From Ramazzottius varieornatus (lineage: Eukaryota; Animalia; Tardigrada): 64,000 bases of DNA. A program made the position numbers and the translations under genes. The notes beneath the pieces are model-generated. The model ran no database searches. It had not been told where the DNA came from and saw nothing but the letters and a program-made list of their open reading frames with translations. This document shows positions 51,329 to 63,339 of the stretch, piece by piece. Location: positions 1,001,773 through 1,065,772 of the forward strand of contig BDGG01000010.1 in NCBI GenBank assembly GCA_001949185.1, read 5' to 3'. Position 1 is the first letter of the stretch; each line of letters begins with the position of its first letter.

Positions 51329-53611
51329 TACTGTTTTGCAGAAAGAATTAAGCATAAAATTATCAAGACAGCCGGAAGTCGTGGACCAGCTGTCCGGGGC
51401 CAGAAAACACCAGAAGGCACAGAAAAGTCGTGGACCAGAAAACACCAGCTGTCCGGGGTTAACCTAGTTAAATTCGAGTAACCGCGCCAAGAAAGCGAGG
51501 AGCAGATCGAAACGTCGTGTGAAACTGTGAGTGTGGTTGGTCTCCGAATTCGTTCCCGGTTCGTTCCACTCTCCAGAATCCGGGATCAGCAAAATAAGTC
51601 TCTCGACAGGCTGACACGTTCGGCAATAATATGCGCAATATTTTTCCTACTCGACATACCTGCCGTTTAATTTCGTGGATTTGCACGCTGCCAGCAGCAA
51701 AATGTATCACCATCGCGATCGTGTATCACAGTCGTCAAATTTGTTTGATAACCTTAATTCTCTGATCTCTAAGTCCTTCATTTGCTCATGAAGTCGTGTT
51801 CATTCTGTGCTAAATAAATAGCCCCAGCATAAATTCACAAGCATAACTGGCAGTTGCTGCCCCGACTTCACCGAGCTCGAGAGTTCGCCGAAAGACCTCT
51901 GCCGGGCGGTAATGAGATCCTCGTCGAAAAGCCGTAACTATTTTTCCGCCCCACACAGTTTCCAGATGTCGTTTCGTCACCATCATCCAACACCTTTTTT
52001 CCAGCATGGCCATTCAGCAGAAAAAGATCTCGCGCGCTCACACACAAAAAGATTGTGACAGATTTCTTGAATGACCGACGAGAATGCGGATGTAGAGTGT
52101 AGAGCCCTCCAAAGCGTCGATCGCAAGATCCGTACTAGTAAATGATGCCCATCAACCTATGGCTTGACTTGCTACGTCCCAGGGGTTGATATTACCGCGC
52201 AAGCTTTGCGGCAGTCCCATTCTTCACAAACCGATGACGCATCCACGTACGTACACCTCTCCGCCTCCTGTGGGCCTCGATGAATGATTGCAGGTGAATG
52301 ACGTCGGTGGGTTACCTGATGTTTATGGTTTACGAGACAGCCTTACATGATTTATCATTAAGGTTCATTCGCACCATCAGATCCGTCTGCGATCTGGGCC
52401 TTCTTCACTCCATGCTCCCTTTTTCAGTTTCTCTGCAGGACATAATGGCGGAAGTTCTTTCTTCTTGACCATGGACCGTGGGGCACGTTCCGCTTTGTCT
52501 GACGGGAAGACGATCACGGGATTACAGGAACAAGTGGACCACAAAGGAACATTGTACAGTAAGTTGATTCCTTCTCGTTCCCAAGTTCAAAGTTTGCTTT
52601 TTCGACAGGTTTTAGGGATCTAAGAGGCCTTCTCGAAGTGCAAATGTCGTCGTGTAAGTGAATGTAGCTGCAAATAGTGTCGACTACGTACTGGACGGAC
52701 GTCAGTACCAGTTCTAAAGTGGAACTCGCTGATGAGGCTCGTGGCAGCTTTGCTAATGTAGAGAAATGAACAGCCTTGGTTTCCTCTGGCGCAGTAAGGT
52801 GTAGACTGTACATTTCATCGAACACTTGTTGACTTTTCATTTTAGGATTATCAGCAACTCAGCGACATTTCAAATACGGGGAAAGCTCATTTTGTTGATT
52901 TTGCCTGGATCGGGTACTGCAGCACAGCCTTCGGTCCCTCCTTCCAACCAGCTAACGACGAGCCTTCTTCAGTTTCTCGTAAAACATAACATGTTTGCTC
53001 GCCTACCATCCTTCACCCAGTTTCCCTCTGTTCCTCGTTCGCTCGATTCTGCAGCATACGCCAATCTACTGTCACTTGGAGGTAGATCAAATTACCCTCA
53101 TCGCTTTTTGTCAGATCCAGGTCGGGATTAATACGGTGGTTATTTTGCAGACTACGACTGTCTTTCGTCAATCACCGGTATCAACTTACTCTATCATTTT
53201 CTTGTAAGTCCGTCATCACAGAAACCTGACTCGATTTTTTTACACCGAGAAATTTTCTTTTGCAAATTGTGAGTGCTCTTCGTCAAACTAAGGTGCGTCG
53301 AAACTCTCTTTACGTTATCTAGGCATCTCTCCCTGATTAAAATATCGGAAAAACGTTGTTCCTTAGACCCGTATAGGGAAACGTTGCTGATTAAAAATAT
53401 TTGCTCCAAGTGTTTTCCAAATTTTAGTGTCGATGCAAGTGATGAGTTACCGGTCGCAGGATATTTTCGCTCGAAATAGCTACGAACTGGCTAGTCATAA
53501 ATAGCTATATTAGCGGATGTCAGAGATCAGTTTAGAGATGTTCGTTTGTGCTGTAGGGTGTCGATCGTTGAACTGGCAGCTGCTTGACGAGAGAATATTC
53601 ATCAGCGCGAG

Positions 53612-56600
53612 ATGAGCCGGGTCATGACTAGACGGCCGGAAGTCAACACTTTCGCCGATTCTTCCTCCTCGGGCCTGTACTACGTCCAAGAGGAGGAAGA
53701 GGTCAGCGTGGATGACCCAAAGATGCATCAAGTTCTCCGAAGTCACACCTCAGTCCAACAGCAGCAGCAACCACCGGACTATGACATGGATGACCAAGAT
53801 TACCGACCTTATCAAGATCAGAGTGTCTTCGAACGCTCACAGAACGCCAAGCGCATTCGGCGGGAACAGCTGGAGAACTGGAAACGACGTGAGGAAGGAA
53901 GTGAGAGAACGGGCAAGGATCACAGCAAGTACGACGGACTGAAACAATCGGGGTCGCTGCGACACCGCAAAGCCAGACGGAAGAAGACGGTCATGTTCGA
54001 GTGGAACGTCTTGCTGATGGACGCGGTGCTCAGAGATGAAGTCCTCGAGGTCGATCGCCTGCTGTCAACTTATGAAGAACTCGAACATGCGCCTAGATCG
54101 GAATTAGTCAACTGCCGAAGTCCTGATGGCCTCACTCCACTTCATCAGGTGATTCCTGTCCGTCTTGTTCGCCCGCTTTAGAAAGCCGGCTTTCAAAAAA
54201 AAAACTCGCTTTGGAAAGTTAGTATTTCCTCGACCAAAATTAACTGATACCATGAAAAATCAGATCGCGATCCCGTTGAGTTAACTCAACTTCATTCAAC
54301 AAATTTTCGGGTTTTGACTGAACAGTCTTCGAAAACCGGAGTTGAAAGGTACAAAATTTCGGAGAAGATTTTAGTGTTGCCAGTACGGCCTCATAGGAAG
54401 TTTGGAGCATCGAACCATCATTAGGTGGGATTGGCTCGCGAAAGTCATGCAAGTGGAACAAGAAATATGCAAACTTCAGGAGTTTCTAAAACATAATTAT
54501 AGGGTTTGTCCGGTTTGGCTACTTAAACTGCACGAGCTTCCGCATATCATTAAACGGTCGGTTTGTTCACTGTTCTTAATGGCCTCCTCCTTTCGTTGTA
54601 GTGCTGCATCGAAAACCTGGAAGATATGGCTATCCTGCTGATCCGCAACGGCGCGGACTTGCGAGCTGTCGATTCGGAATTGTGGTCGCCGCTACACGCT
54701 GCAGCGACCTGCGGACATTTGAGAATGGTCCGACTGCTGGTTGATGCGGTGGCAAGGACATTCAAGAAATCGAGTAGTAACGACGGGACAGCAGATGCCG
54801 TCAGAGAGATGCTCTTGGCCGTCAACTCTGACGGTAACATGCCATTTGATCTGTGTGATAATGTTCAGACGCTTGCCTTCATTGAAAACGAAATGCAACA
54901 AAGAGGTGAGATCTTGTAGCGCACTATCATGATTGTAGCTTCTGGCGTAACCTACTCGAACGACCACACGTTGACTGTCGATAGCTACAAGGCGAACTGC
55001 GGGCATGACGGTCAAGTCGGCCACCCTGTGTATTTTGCTAGTCTGACGTCAGAGTACTGTAGAAAATTGGCAGGCGGCCGACTTACGCGGGGTGGTCGAC
55101 TTGTTCGCCCCGAACATTTGTCGTGTTGATAAGGCTTTTGTCAGTAGATTCGATAATCGATGAATGAATAAATTGATCGACATGGTACTCTTTGCTGTTT
55201 TTGCAGGTGTGACCCAAAATGACATTGAAGCTAAACGACACAAGAAGGAAGTAGACATGGTCCGTGACTTGCAGCAGTACTTGGACAGTTATGCACGAAC
55301 CAACCGTCCGGGATCCTTTCGACACCGAACTAGCCTTTCTAAAAGTGATAATAACACAGCTTTGTGGGAGAACTTTATAGCCTCTAGCCGCATGCCTAAC
55401 GCCGTTGTAATGCACATCGCCGCTGCCAATGGGTACCTTGAAGCTATGGATTTGCTGCTGAAGAACAAGTATCCGGTAGACTTGGAAGACGAGGACGGAT
55501 GGCTGCCCATCCATGCCGCTGTCGCGTGGAACCAGGTAATTATCCACCCGTCTGTAAATAGATTATCTGCAAATTGCAAAACTTCCGCTGAAACTTTGCA
55601 CGATGCGTGTTGTCAAGAAAGCATCTATTTCAAATGAATCAATATGGAATATTCCCGGAAGCGTTTCACGCATTTGCATACACGAATATAATGGTAACCG
55701 TGCGTTTCAGTGTATGCGGGTTTCGGCAAACAGGTGTGGTTTCTTTTCATTCGATTAGATACAGTAGTCTGACAATGGAAAAGCATTTAGACCAAGAAGG
55801 TGATGATTACAGTACCTTGACAGATGAGCCTCATCTAATGGATGTTTGTGTTGTTCGTAGCCCGAAGCAGCCAGGCGACTAGTTGACGCCGGCGCTGATA
55901 TCACCGCGAAGGTCCGACGTACCAATGAGACCGCCTTGGACCTGGCCTGCGCAGCCGATCTGCATGACGAACCAGGAAAATCGGAAACCTTCGTTGACCA
56001 ACTGATTATGTGGGACACGGCGTACAAGAGAAGGTGCGAGGAAGAGTCAGCGAAGAAGAGCAAGAACCTCCCGCGTCACCCTTCGTCAGAGTCCGTCACC
56101 AGTGCACCTAGTTCCACAAGTCCTCTGCTCAAACGTCACAGCCCGAAACTGTCTCGGTATGCTTGTTTTGTCCTCATGACTATCACTTTCGTTACCGTTT
56201 TGCTCACTAAAGTAACCGCTCTATGACCAAAGCTTCTGCTTCGCCAAACGTACAAGATTGTTGAGTGGCGCATTCTTCCAGTTAATGACAATAGAAACGT
56301 GCGCTACTTAAGACAATGATCTTGTGCGTCTGGTTCGCCAAGCTCCCAAATGCTCTATATTGAGCATTCTCTGTGTCTGACCGATGGTTGTCTCTCTCCT
56401 TAGTGTCCAACGTCGTTCCTCCTTGAAAGACAAAGAAGACTTAATCGCTTTGCTGCACACCCTGGGCGCCCACGATCTCAAGTCTTCCGAGAACAACCAA
56501 GGCAGTCTTGGGCTCTTTGTTCGTAGTCCCGGTGGTTCCTTACGTGATCGCAACCCCGTCCTTCCCACCGTTTCCGAGTCTGACGTTCTGGCTTCCTCCT

Positions 56601-57238
56601 CGGCCATCGTCCACGTGGGTCAAGGTGACGCCGACCTTATCGACCAGACCATCTCGCCCGAGCTCATCTCTTCACTACTACGCTCCTTCGACACAGCCGA
56701 CGACTCTGCTGACAATGAGAGTATTGCCGAGCAGTTTCTTCGTGATGCCGATGAAGCGTTGAATCAGATCGATCAACCGGTCACCCTGGCACAGTTGAAG
56801 AAGAACCGCAATCGCTTCCGAATGCTCAAGAGGAAAGAAAAACCATTTGTCAAAGAGTCACACAAGAGCCACTCGGTCACACAAGCGCTGCTCGACGAAG
56901 CCAAAGCCGAACAGACCGCTTCCTGTCTACCTATCAGTTCCCCAACCTCAAATTCCCTGCCGTCTTCTCCTCGCCAGGTCAACGTGAACATCCGCACAAA
57001 TGGAGGTATCACAGACTCGACCGAACTCCAAAGATTCACGGCGACACAAGATGAACGTCCGGTTGGTGCAGAAGGCAGCAACAGCGCGAAGCTGAGCACT
57101 TCCTTCACCAAGAAGAAAAAGGATAAGATGTACAACATTACGGGCTTTCGTGGTAGTGGAAAGAAGGACAAGGAACCTGTGTCGGATGAGCAGAAATTCC
57201 GTCCTATTCCTTCTAACGGCTGCTGTATCATTTCTTAA
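53612..57238 (+). CDS. Protein phosphatase 1 regulatory subunit 16 (MYPT3/TIMAP-like), multi-exon
   Basis: AKRIRREQLENW; RVxF-type KTVMF; ankyrin repeats DGLTPLHQ|CCIE, DSELWSPLHAAATCGH, LLAVNSDGNMPFDLC, MHIAAANGY; C-terminal CCIIS prenylation motif. PPP1R16A/B co-orthologue. Confidence 0.92.
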
Positions 57239-57602
57239 ATTGAACTTTTCCTCCAGAATATTTTTTTGCTGTAGATGTACAGTAAGTTTACGCGAGCTGC
57301 TTCCTCTTTATTATTAAGGTGACTAGCTACCCCCAGTGATCTTCTTGACGCTTCCCCGTGCTTGCAAATGCGGTGATCTAAGTATTTTTCGCTGTCTTCT
57401 CGCAGCTGTACATAAAGTACTACTTGAATACTGTACTTAGCTAATTTCTGAACGAATTTGATACAACTTCTCCAGAATATTATTCTGTCCTCAGTTTTTC
57501 TCTGGTTTGAGAAGGTACGATGTATAAAACCAAGTTTACTTCCAGTAAAGGGTTTACTGAACATCCAGATAACAAGAAAAAGTTGATGTATTATTACCGG
57601 TA

Positions 57603-57745
57603 CACGTGCCTGGCCTAAATGTGGGGATGGACAAAAATGTGGGGAACGGAGCGAAAGCGACACGGGCTAGCTGTGGTNNNNNNNNNNNNNNNNNNNNNNN
57701 NNNNNNNNNNNNNNNNNNNNNNNNNNNATTTAGGCCAGGCGCCGG
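57603..57745. mobile_element. MITE family B copy, interrupted by an assembly gap
   Basis: TA|CACGTGCCTGGCCTAAAT...ATTTAGGCCAGGCGCCGG|TA; ends related to the 61702-62124 element. Confidence 0.7.
57678..57727. other. Assembly gap (50 N)
   Basis: Run of n characters. Confidence 0.99.
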
Positions 57746-57813
57746 TACACACAGCGATGAAATATTGTACCACGTCAACTTCAGTTATCACTTCGATCGA
57801 ACTAGAAACACAT

Positions 57814-59126
57814 TTATGCGACTTTCTGTAACTGTTCACGGGCCTTAGCCTTCTCAAGCTTGTTCTTCTGGGCCTGGCTCTTGGTGGACAAGATGCCACC
57901 TCCCCAGTGACGACGGAGCTCCTCGGATCGCTCGTTGAAGTTGGTCTTGATGCTTTCCACCAGTTTGTTCATCGAGGGACGATCCTCACTACAAACAGAA
58001 CAGCCGATTACACCTCTGCGAGATAAGAGTCATTTTGTTTGAATTTGCGAGAAAATTTACGGGTTGATCGTTTGGAAAGCCAAGCAGCTGGTAGTCTTGC
58101 GTCGGACGACACGTCCCAGACGAGCCTTGCCCTTCACGATGCAGTACGGAACTCCCATCTTTCTGCACAAGGCAGGTAAGAAAAGAACAACCTAAAAATG
58201 CCAAAACGATGGTCAACTATCGCTATATAGACGGTTCGGAAGATGGCATACATACCTCAATGGGATCGACGTCATGAGCGATGACGACCAGCTGAGCCTT
58301 CTTGTTTTCGATAAGAGTCGTCACGGTGTTGACCCCCGAACTAATATTCAAACACAATGAAAACTCGGGCCAGAAGTTTACCATACAGGTATCCCATGAG
58401 ATCTATGCGAACTCACCGGATAACAGCTGCTCTCTTGGTTGTGGCCTGTTCTTTTCCGCTAGCCTGGGCTGCAGCCTTGGAGCGAAGACGAGTTCGCTTT
58501 TGCTCTCTTGTTTCAGGCCTGTATTTCTCCATTAGACGAAACAAATCTTGTCCTAAAGTGACAAACATGTAGCTGAATGAGCTGGATGGCGACACGCACT
58601 GAAACTCTGAGAATTCCAACCGCGAAGCACCGCTTACCTTCTTTCTTATCCATGGTGTGGGTAAACTGGGCGATCGGCGGGGGGACCTTGAGTCGCTGGT
58701 AAAGAATCTTGCGCTGACGTTGGATCCTGACATATCTGGGAAACTTCACGAACCGTGTAAGGTCTCTCTTGGGCTGGATGTCCTGACCTGCAAGAGAATA
58801 TTTCGTAGAGTGATCCACAGACTGGCCCAATCAAATTGTCTTCAATCAAGCGTACACACCAATGCCGAAGTTCTTGGGACGTCTTTCAAACAGTGGGTTA
58901 ACTTCCACCTTCTCCTTTGCAACTTTCTTTTGCATAGCCGCCGGGACGGCAGCCACTTTCTTGGCAACGCCTTTCTTCACAGCAGCCTTGGGAGCCTGGA
59001 AAAAGCCAAGGTGAACCCCCGACATCCCGAAACAACAAACGCAAAGACGTTCTCAGCCTGATAACCTGGCTCCTCTCCCCACCATGACGTCCCACACCCC
59101 GATCAAGTCATTCGTGGACTTACCAT
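57814..59126 (-). CDS. RPL7A: 60S ribosomal protein L7a (eL8), multi-exon
   Basis: ATG|GTAAGT start; [13 protein letters not shown]|[42 protein letters not shown]; [14 protein letters not shown]; [19 protein letters not shown]; RRHWGGG. Confidence 0.97.
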
Positions 59127-60363
59127 GTCTGCAGACTTATAATCCCAACGCACAGATCAGATTCCTCCCAAGAACGCTACGCAGAGGTCTTCCCAGTAAC
59201 TTCTTCTGCGATGTCGGCAAACAGAGTTCACAGACTGCGATTTCCGAAAAATTTCCGGTTGAAATCGTAACTGGGGTCTGTGCGAAATACCCCTGATGCA
59301 AACGAACAAGTCTGTGTCAAGACGCCGGCGCATGGCCGCTCACCGAGGCAAATATGTATTCGGCTCGAGGTTTGCGTCACAAGGTGATTCGATTTGTGAC
59401 TTCCTTAACCATGTGGTCGTTGATGTGGGTTATCGTTAGCGCGAGCCGTACGGGAATCGAAGGTGACTCAACCCGACCATACCGTGGGGTTCACACTGCA
59501 CTTTTTTCGCAGGTTTTGTAGGACACCGCTTTTCACGCGTGCCAGAAGAGGTGCAGAATTCGTGATACGAGCGCGATACCGGCTTGCCGTAGGGTTGAAA
59601 CTTCCTCGGAAATTCTGTCCAAAATCCCGCCAGAAACCGCCCGCAGAATCCGTCGCTTGATTGAATTTTTCAACGGAAATCGTTTGTCCTTGCGTTGATT
59701 TCTCGAAGAGTCGAAAATTGATAACGGTTATAACGCAATTTTGCTTTTTTTGCACTTTTGTGGAATTCGTACTCCTTCCATAATCCATACGATCTTCCGG
59801 AGATTGAAGCTTGAATGAAACTCTTTAGGACGCTGCTGATCTGATCAGAGAAACCTGGGACTACGGGAAACAGTCTGGATCTCCTGTGAATAGCACAACG
59901 GATAGCCTTCTCTCAAGCGAAGTCCGATCCAAGGTAAGTCTAGAGTCTCAAAGTCTTCTGGTGCTGGCAGAAGATTAGCAGACAATGGTGTTTCAGCTTT
60001 AACGTTCCGTTCTACAGGAGAACCGTTGGATAATCTGGTTATTGGACCGAAGCCGTCCCCATGCTTCGTCATGTAATCATCCAGAAGATTCCACGTTAAA
60101 CGATCCATAAGAACGCACGAATATTTTCGGGTCATCCATGCTTGGAGCTAGTCACGTAAGTTATCATAACGAATTCTGGCATGCCCGAAATATCTAGGTT
60201 TTACGGATAAGATGGTGTGATAGAATCATTGCCAGATTCTCGATGACACGAGGAAAAGATGGCACCAAGAGTTGAAGGAAAATGTCCATTCTCGATTATT
60301 CTCTGTTTGCAGAGTTTATCTCCGTTGAAATCATCGTTCTCTTCTGGAGAACACGTGTCTGGA

Positions 60364-63339
60364 ATGTCTACTCAAACAAACGGGAAACCGCTTCTCTTGT
60401 AAGCAGCGTCGATGGCATCGAGATTCTTACGAATGGACAAGTCCTGTCGAATTTTTCTGACTATTTCTTTTTGATTTTCAGAGCGGCGGTTGAGAACTTC
60501 CTGGTGAACAGCGCAGACTTCTCCAAGGCAGCTCGTGAGCTTCAGGCATGTTGGGAAGAGATCGGTTATTCTCGTGATGACCTGAAAACAATCCAAGATG
60601 GCACAATCGACGCTCTGATTCAACCACTAGACAAAGTAGTCAAGACAAGTCTGGCTCATGAGAAGGAGCAGCTTGCCCAGCACAGAAATGCAGTCGCTGA
60701 ATGTCGCGTCCGAGTAACAATGATCTCTGCCGAGCTCAGCATTCCGGTCTTCCAAGTAAGTGGATATTAACGACCAGAGTTTGAATACGGGATTTTCCAA
60801 GTGGCGCACGCTTCCGGCCTGTAATACTGGAAAGTTGCGCCACTTGGGACACAACCTTGTCGAGTTTGTTTCTCGAGTTCTCTCATTCGTCGAAGTTTTT
60901 GTGAATAGTCTTAACAGTTTTCTTCTGTTATTTTTACAGGTGGACGAGAATCTTCCCCTGATCGAAAAGTCCCGCGTCCTGACACAGAAAGCTGAGTCGT
61001 TGGAAGCCATGAGGGAACAGCTGATGTCTCGACTAGAAGCCCTTATACATCACAACCGTGATCTGTATCGGATAATGCACACTGGTCATTATGTCGTTGA
61101 TGAGAACAAAGTACCAACCGCAGAGGACCTGAAGCTGTTCTCTTCTCATAACGATAACCTGGAAATAGAGCGAGTAAGTGACCTCTACTTCCGGTGAACG
61201 GTATGGGCTACTGTATTCACTACTACTGGTCCGTGATAATCTATCTAGTTTCTTTCTGCTTTTTAGAAAGTGCGCGAGAAGAGGCTAAAGGAAGTGAGAA
61301 GCCGGATAGTTGATCTGCAGCGCGGACTGGAGAAACGTTCCGCCACTCCACCCGCAACGTTTCCTCAAGACATTGACGGCATGCTGGCGGATACCAGGTT
61401 CGCCGAGCTGGCGAATGAAGAGAACGAGGTAAGCTTCTGGTTATCATTCGGGCCGTTCCTAGGAACTATCCTCGAACCATTTTTTATAGAAGAAAGTTCT
61501 TTGCAGCTTCGCGAAGAAAGAAGGGTACTCCATGAAGAAATTAGCGGCCTGCAGGAAAAGATTCGGCTGATCAACGATCGCCTGAAACTTGAGATCTCCG
61601 AAGAGTTCCAACCAGCTGCTACGAAAGTGACGCCATCCTACCGAAACAACGTAAGCCTTTCTTATCTTTGTAAAATCTTCCTTGTGGCACCTCGTACAGT
61701 ACACGCGCCTGGCCTAAGTCTTGGCATGGACAAAAGTCTTGGCAAGTGGTTTCCGAAACAGCGGCTCCGCCAGCTGTGTTCGCTTACGGTTGAAACAGAA
61801 CCGGTTCGCTAGCTGTGTTTGCCACTGCGCGAACTGCATCCTTCAGACTTTCCTCGGTATACTTCCGGCGTTTCTTGCTCTTAAAACCTTCTGACATTTG
61901 CTAAGCTCAAGTTACTCAAGACTGGAAGAAAAACTCAAGAAAGAATACGACAGAATTTCAAATGATACTGGAGTGACTGAACAATAAAAAGCGCATTGCG
62001 AAATTCTGACTTCATGACGTCACACGACCAGTTTCTGTTCCCATACAACGTTCTTTGTGTTAAAATGCCGCCGGGCCGTGCTGCTAAGACTTTTGTCCAT
62101 GCCAAGACTTAGGCCAGGCGCGTATAGTTCAGCTAGGTCATGCTTGTCTTACGCTTGTCTCTCCCCAGCTACAAGCTGAGCTGAAGCGGCTGGAGGTCCT
62201 TAAAGCTCAGAACATCAAGAAGTTTATAGAGGAAGTGCGACAGGACATTCTGGAGCTGTATGAAAAATGTTTCAGCTCGGCCATGGATCGGGAAGATTTC
62301 AGCAAAGAAATGTCTTCCAGTGAGAAGTTTCGTGAAATTTTCACAGTGAATTCATTCAGCAAAGCGTGAGCTGAGTGGTATTAATCAAGATGAATGTTCG
62401 TAGCTCGATTGGATGAGGAACTGCTACAGAAGCACGAACAGCATTACCAACGACTTGTAGCTCACTTCGAAAAGAATGAAGACTTCTTCAAGAAGATCCG
62501 AAAGCGGGAGGAAGTATGGAAGAAAAAGATGGAGATCGACGTAAGCCAGTCTGCTTTCTTTTCCCTTCACTTTCTTTGTCGGTCAACAAAGGTGCTGATC
62601 TGTCATGATGATCTAGGAAAAGGAAAACGATCCTTCGCGGTTCAAGAATCGTGGTGGGCAAATGTTACAGCATCAGCAAGAGAAGGCGAAGATTGAGCAC
62701 GATTTGAAGAAGGTAGGCCAAATTCAAGTTCGGGGATATGAGGTGGAAGCTCGGTAAACAAACTCTACCAGATCACACTCTCAAGCGACGCACGCTTCTA
62801 GTCAGATTCACCGACAGCGTGCGCCACTCCAGCAAACGACCTGGTGAAGTACTTTTGCCGAGTTCCCAAGTGCAGACAGAACAAACTTTGGTTGACTTGA
62901 ATTTCCTTATGGTACCTCAACGTTGTTTTTCGGTTTAGCTGGATGCCGAACTGGCCAAGAAGTTGGAACAGTGGCTAGCGGACCACGGTGAACCCTTCAC
63001 CATCTTCGGTAACGACTATGCTGTCTTCATCAAGCAGCAGTTTGAGGCTTACAAGATAAAACTTCAACGCGAGAAGGAAGAGCGGAAGCAGGCTAAAGAA
63101 CAGGATAACCAGCCACCAACTGGCGTACTGGGCAAACGAAAGAACGACGCGCGACAGGCCAGTGCCAACAATGGAGGAAGGCCACAGTCAAGAGTGAGTC
63201 CTCCGTTTTTCTCCTCCTGCAGATGGCAGTACAATGCTCTAATGCTTTGCTTGTTCTATAGGAAACACATGGAAGTGCCCAGATCGGCGTTGCCGGCCTG
63301 ATGGAACGCTCACCGAAGACCCAAAGACTTGGTCACTAA
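60364..63339 (+). CDS. PRC1: Protein regulator of cytokinesis 1 (MAP65/Ase1 family), multi-exon
   Basis: LQACWEEIG; LQAELKRLEVLKAQNIKKFIEEVRQDI; DEELLQKHE; NDPSRFKNRGGQML; F.IFG..Y..FIKQQ. Upstream plus-strand splice sites (59933-60313) look like 5'UTR exons. Confidence 0.88.
61702..62124. mobile_element. MITE family B (Tc1/mariner-type ends) in a PRC1 intron
   Basis: 39-bp TIR CACGCGCCTGGCCTAAGTCTTGGCATGGACAAAAGTCTT with its reverse complement at the other end (terminal base mismatched), TA on both flanks, no ORF. Confidence 0.9.

Noticed and set aside
51370-51460. Shuffled short direct repeats (AAGTCGTGGACCAG, CAGAAAACACCAG, CAGCTGTCCGGGG)
   Set aside because: Two-copy local duplication beside a MITE; no further structure or copies seen.
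57814-59126. Intronic snoRNAs in RPL7A (hosted there in vertebrates)
   Set aside because: Introns are short and I found no convincing box C (RTGATGA) paired with box D, or H/ACA layout.
59440-59470. tRNA suggested by TTCGATTCCC on the minus strand
   Set aside because: Flanks do not form a T-stem or cloverleaf.
59845-60135. 96-aa minus-strand ORF
   Set aside because: No recognisable motif; it overlaps plus-strand donors and acceptors that fit PRC1 5'UTR exons.
12891-62830. CRISPR-like interpretation of the repeat-spacer-repeat units
   Set aside because: Repeats are inverted and dispersed in eukaryotic introns, not direct tandem arrays, and there are no cas genes.
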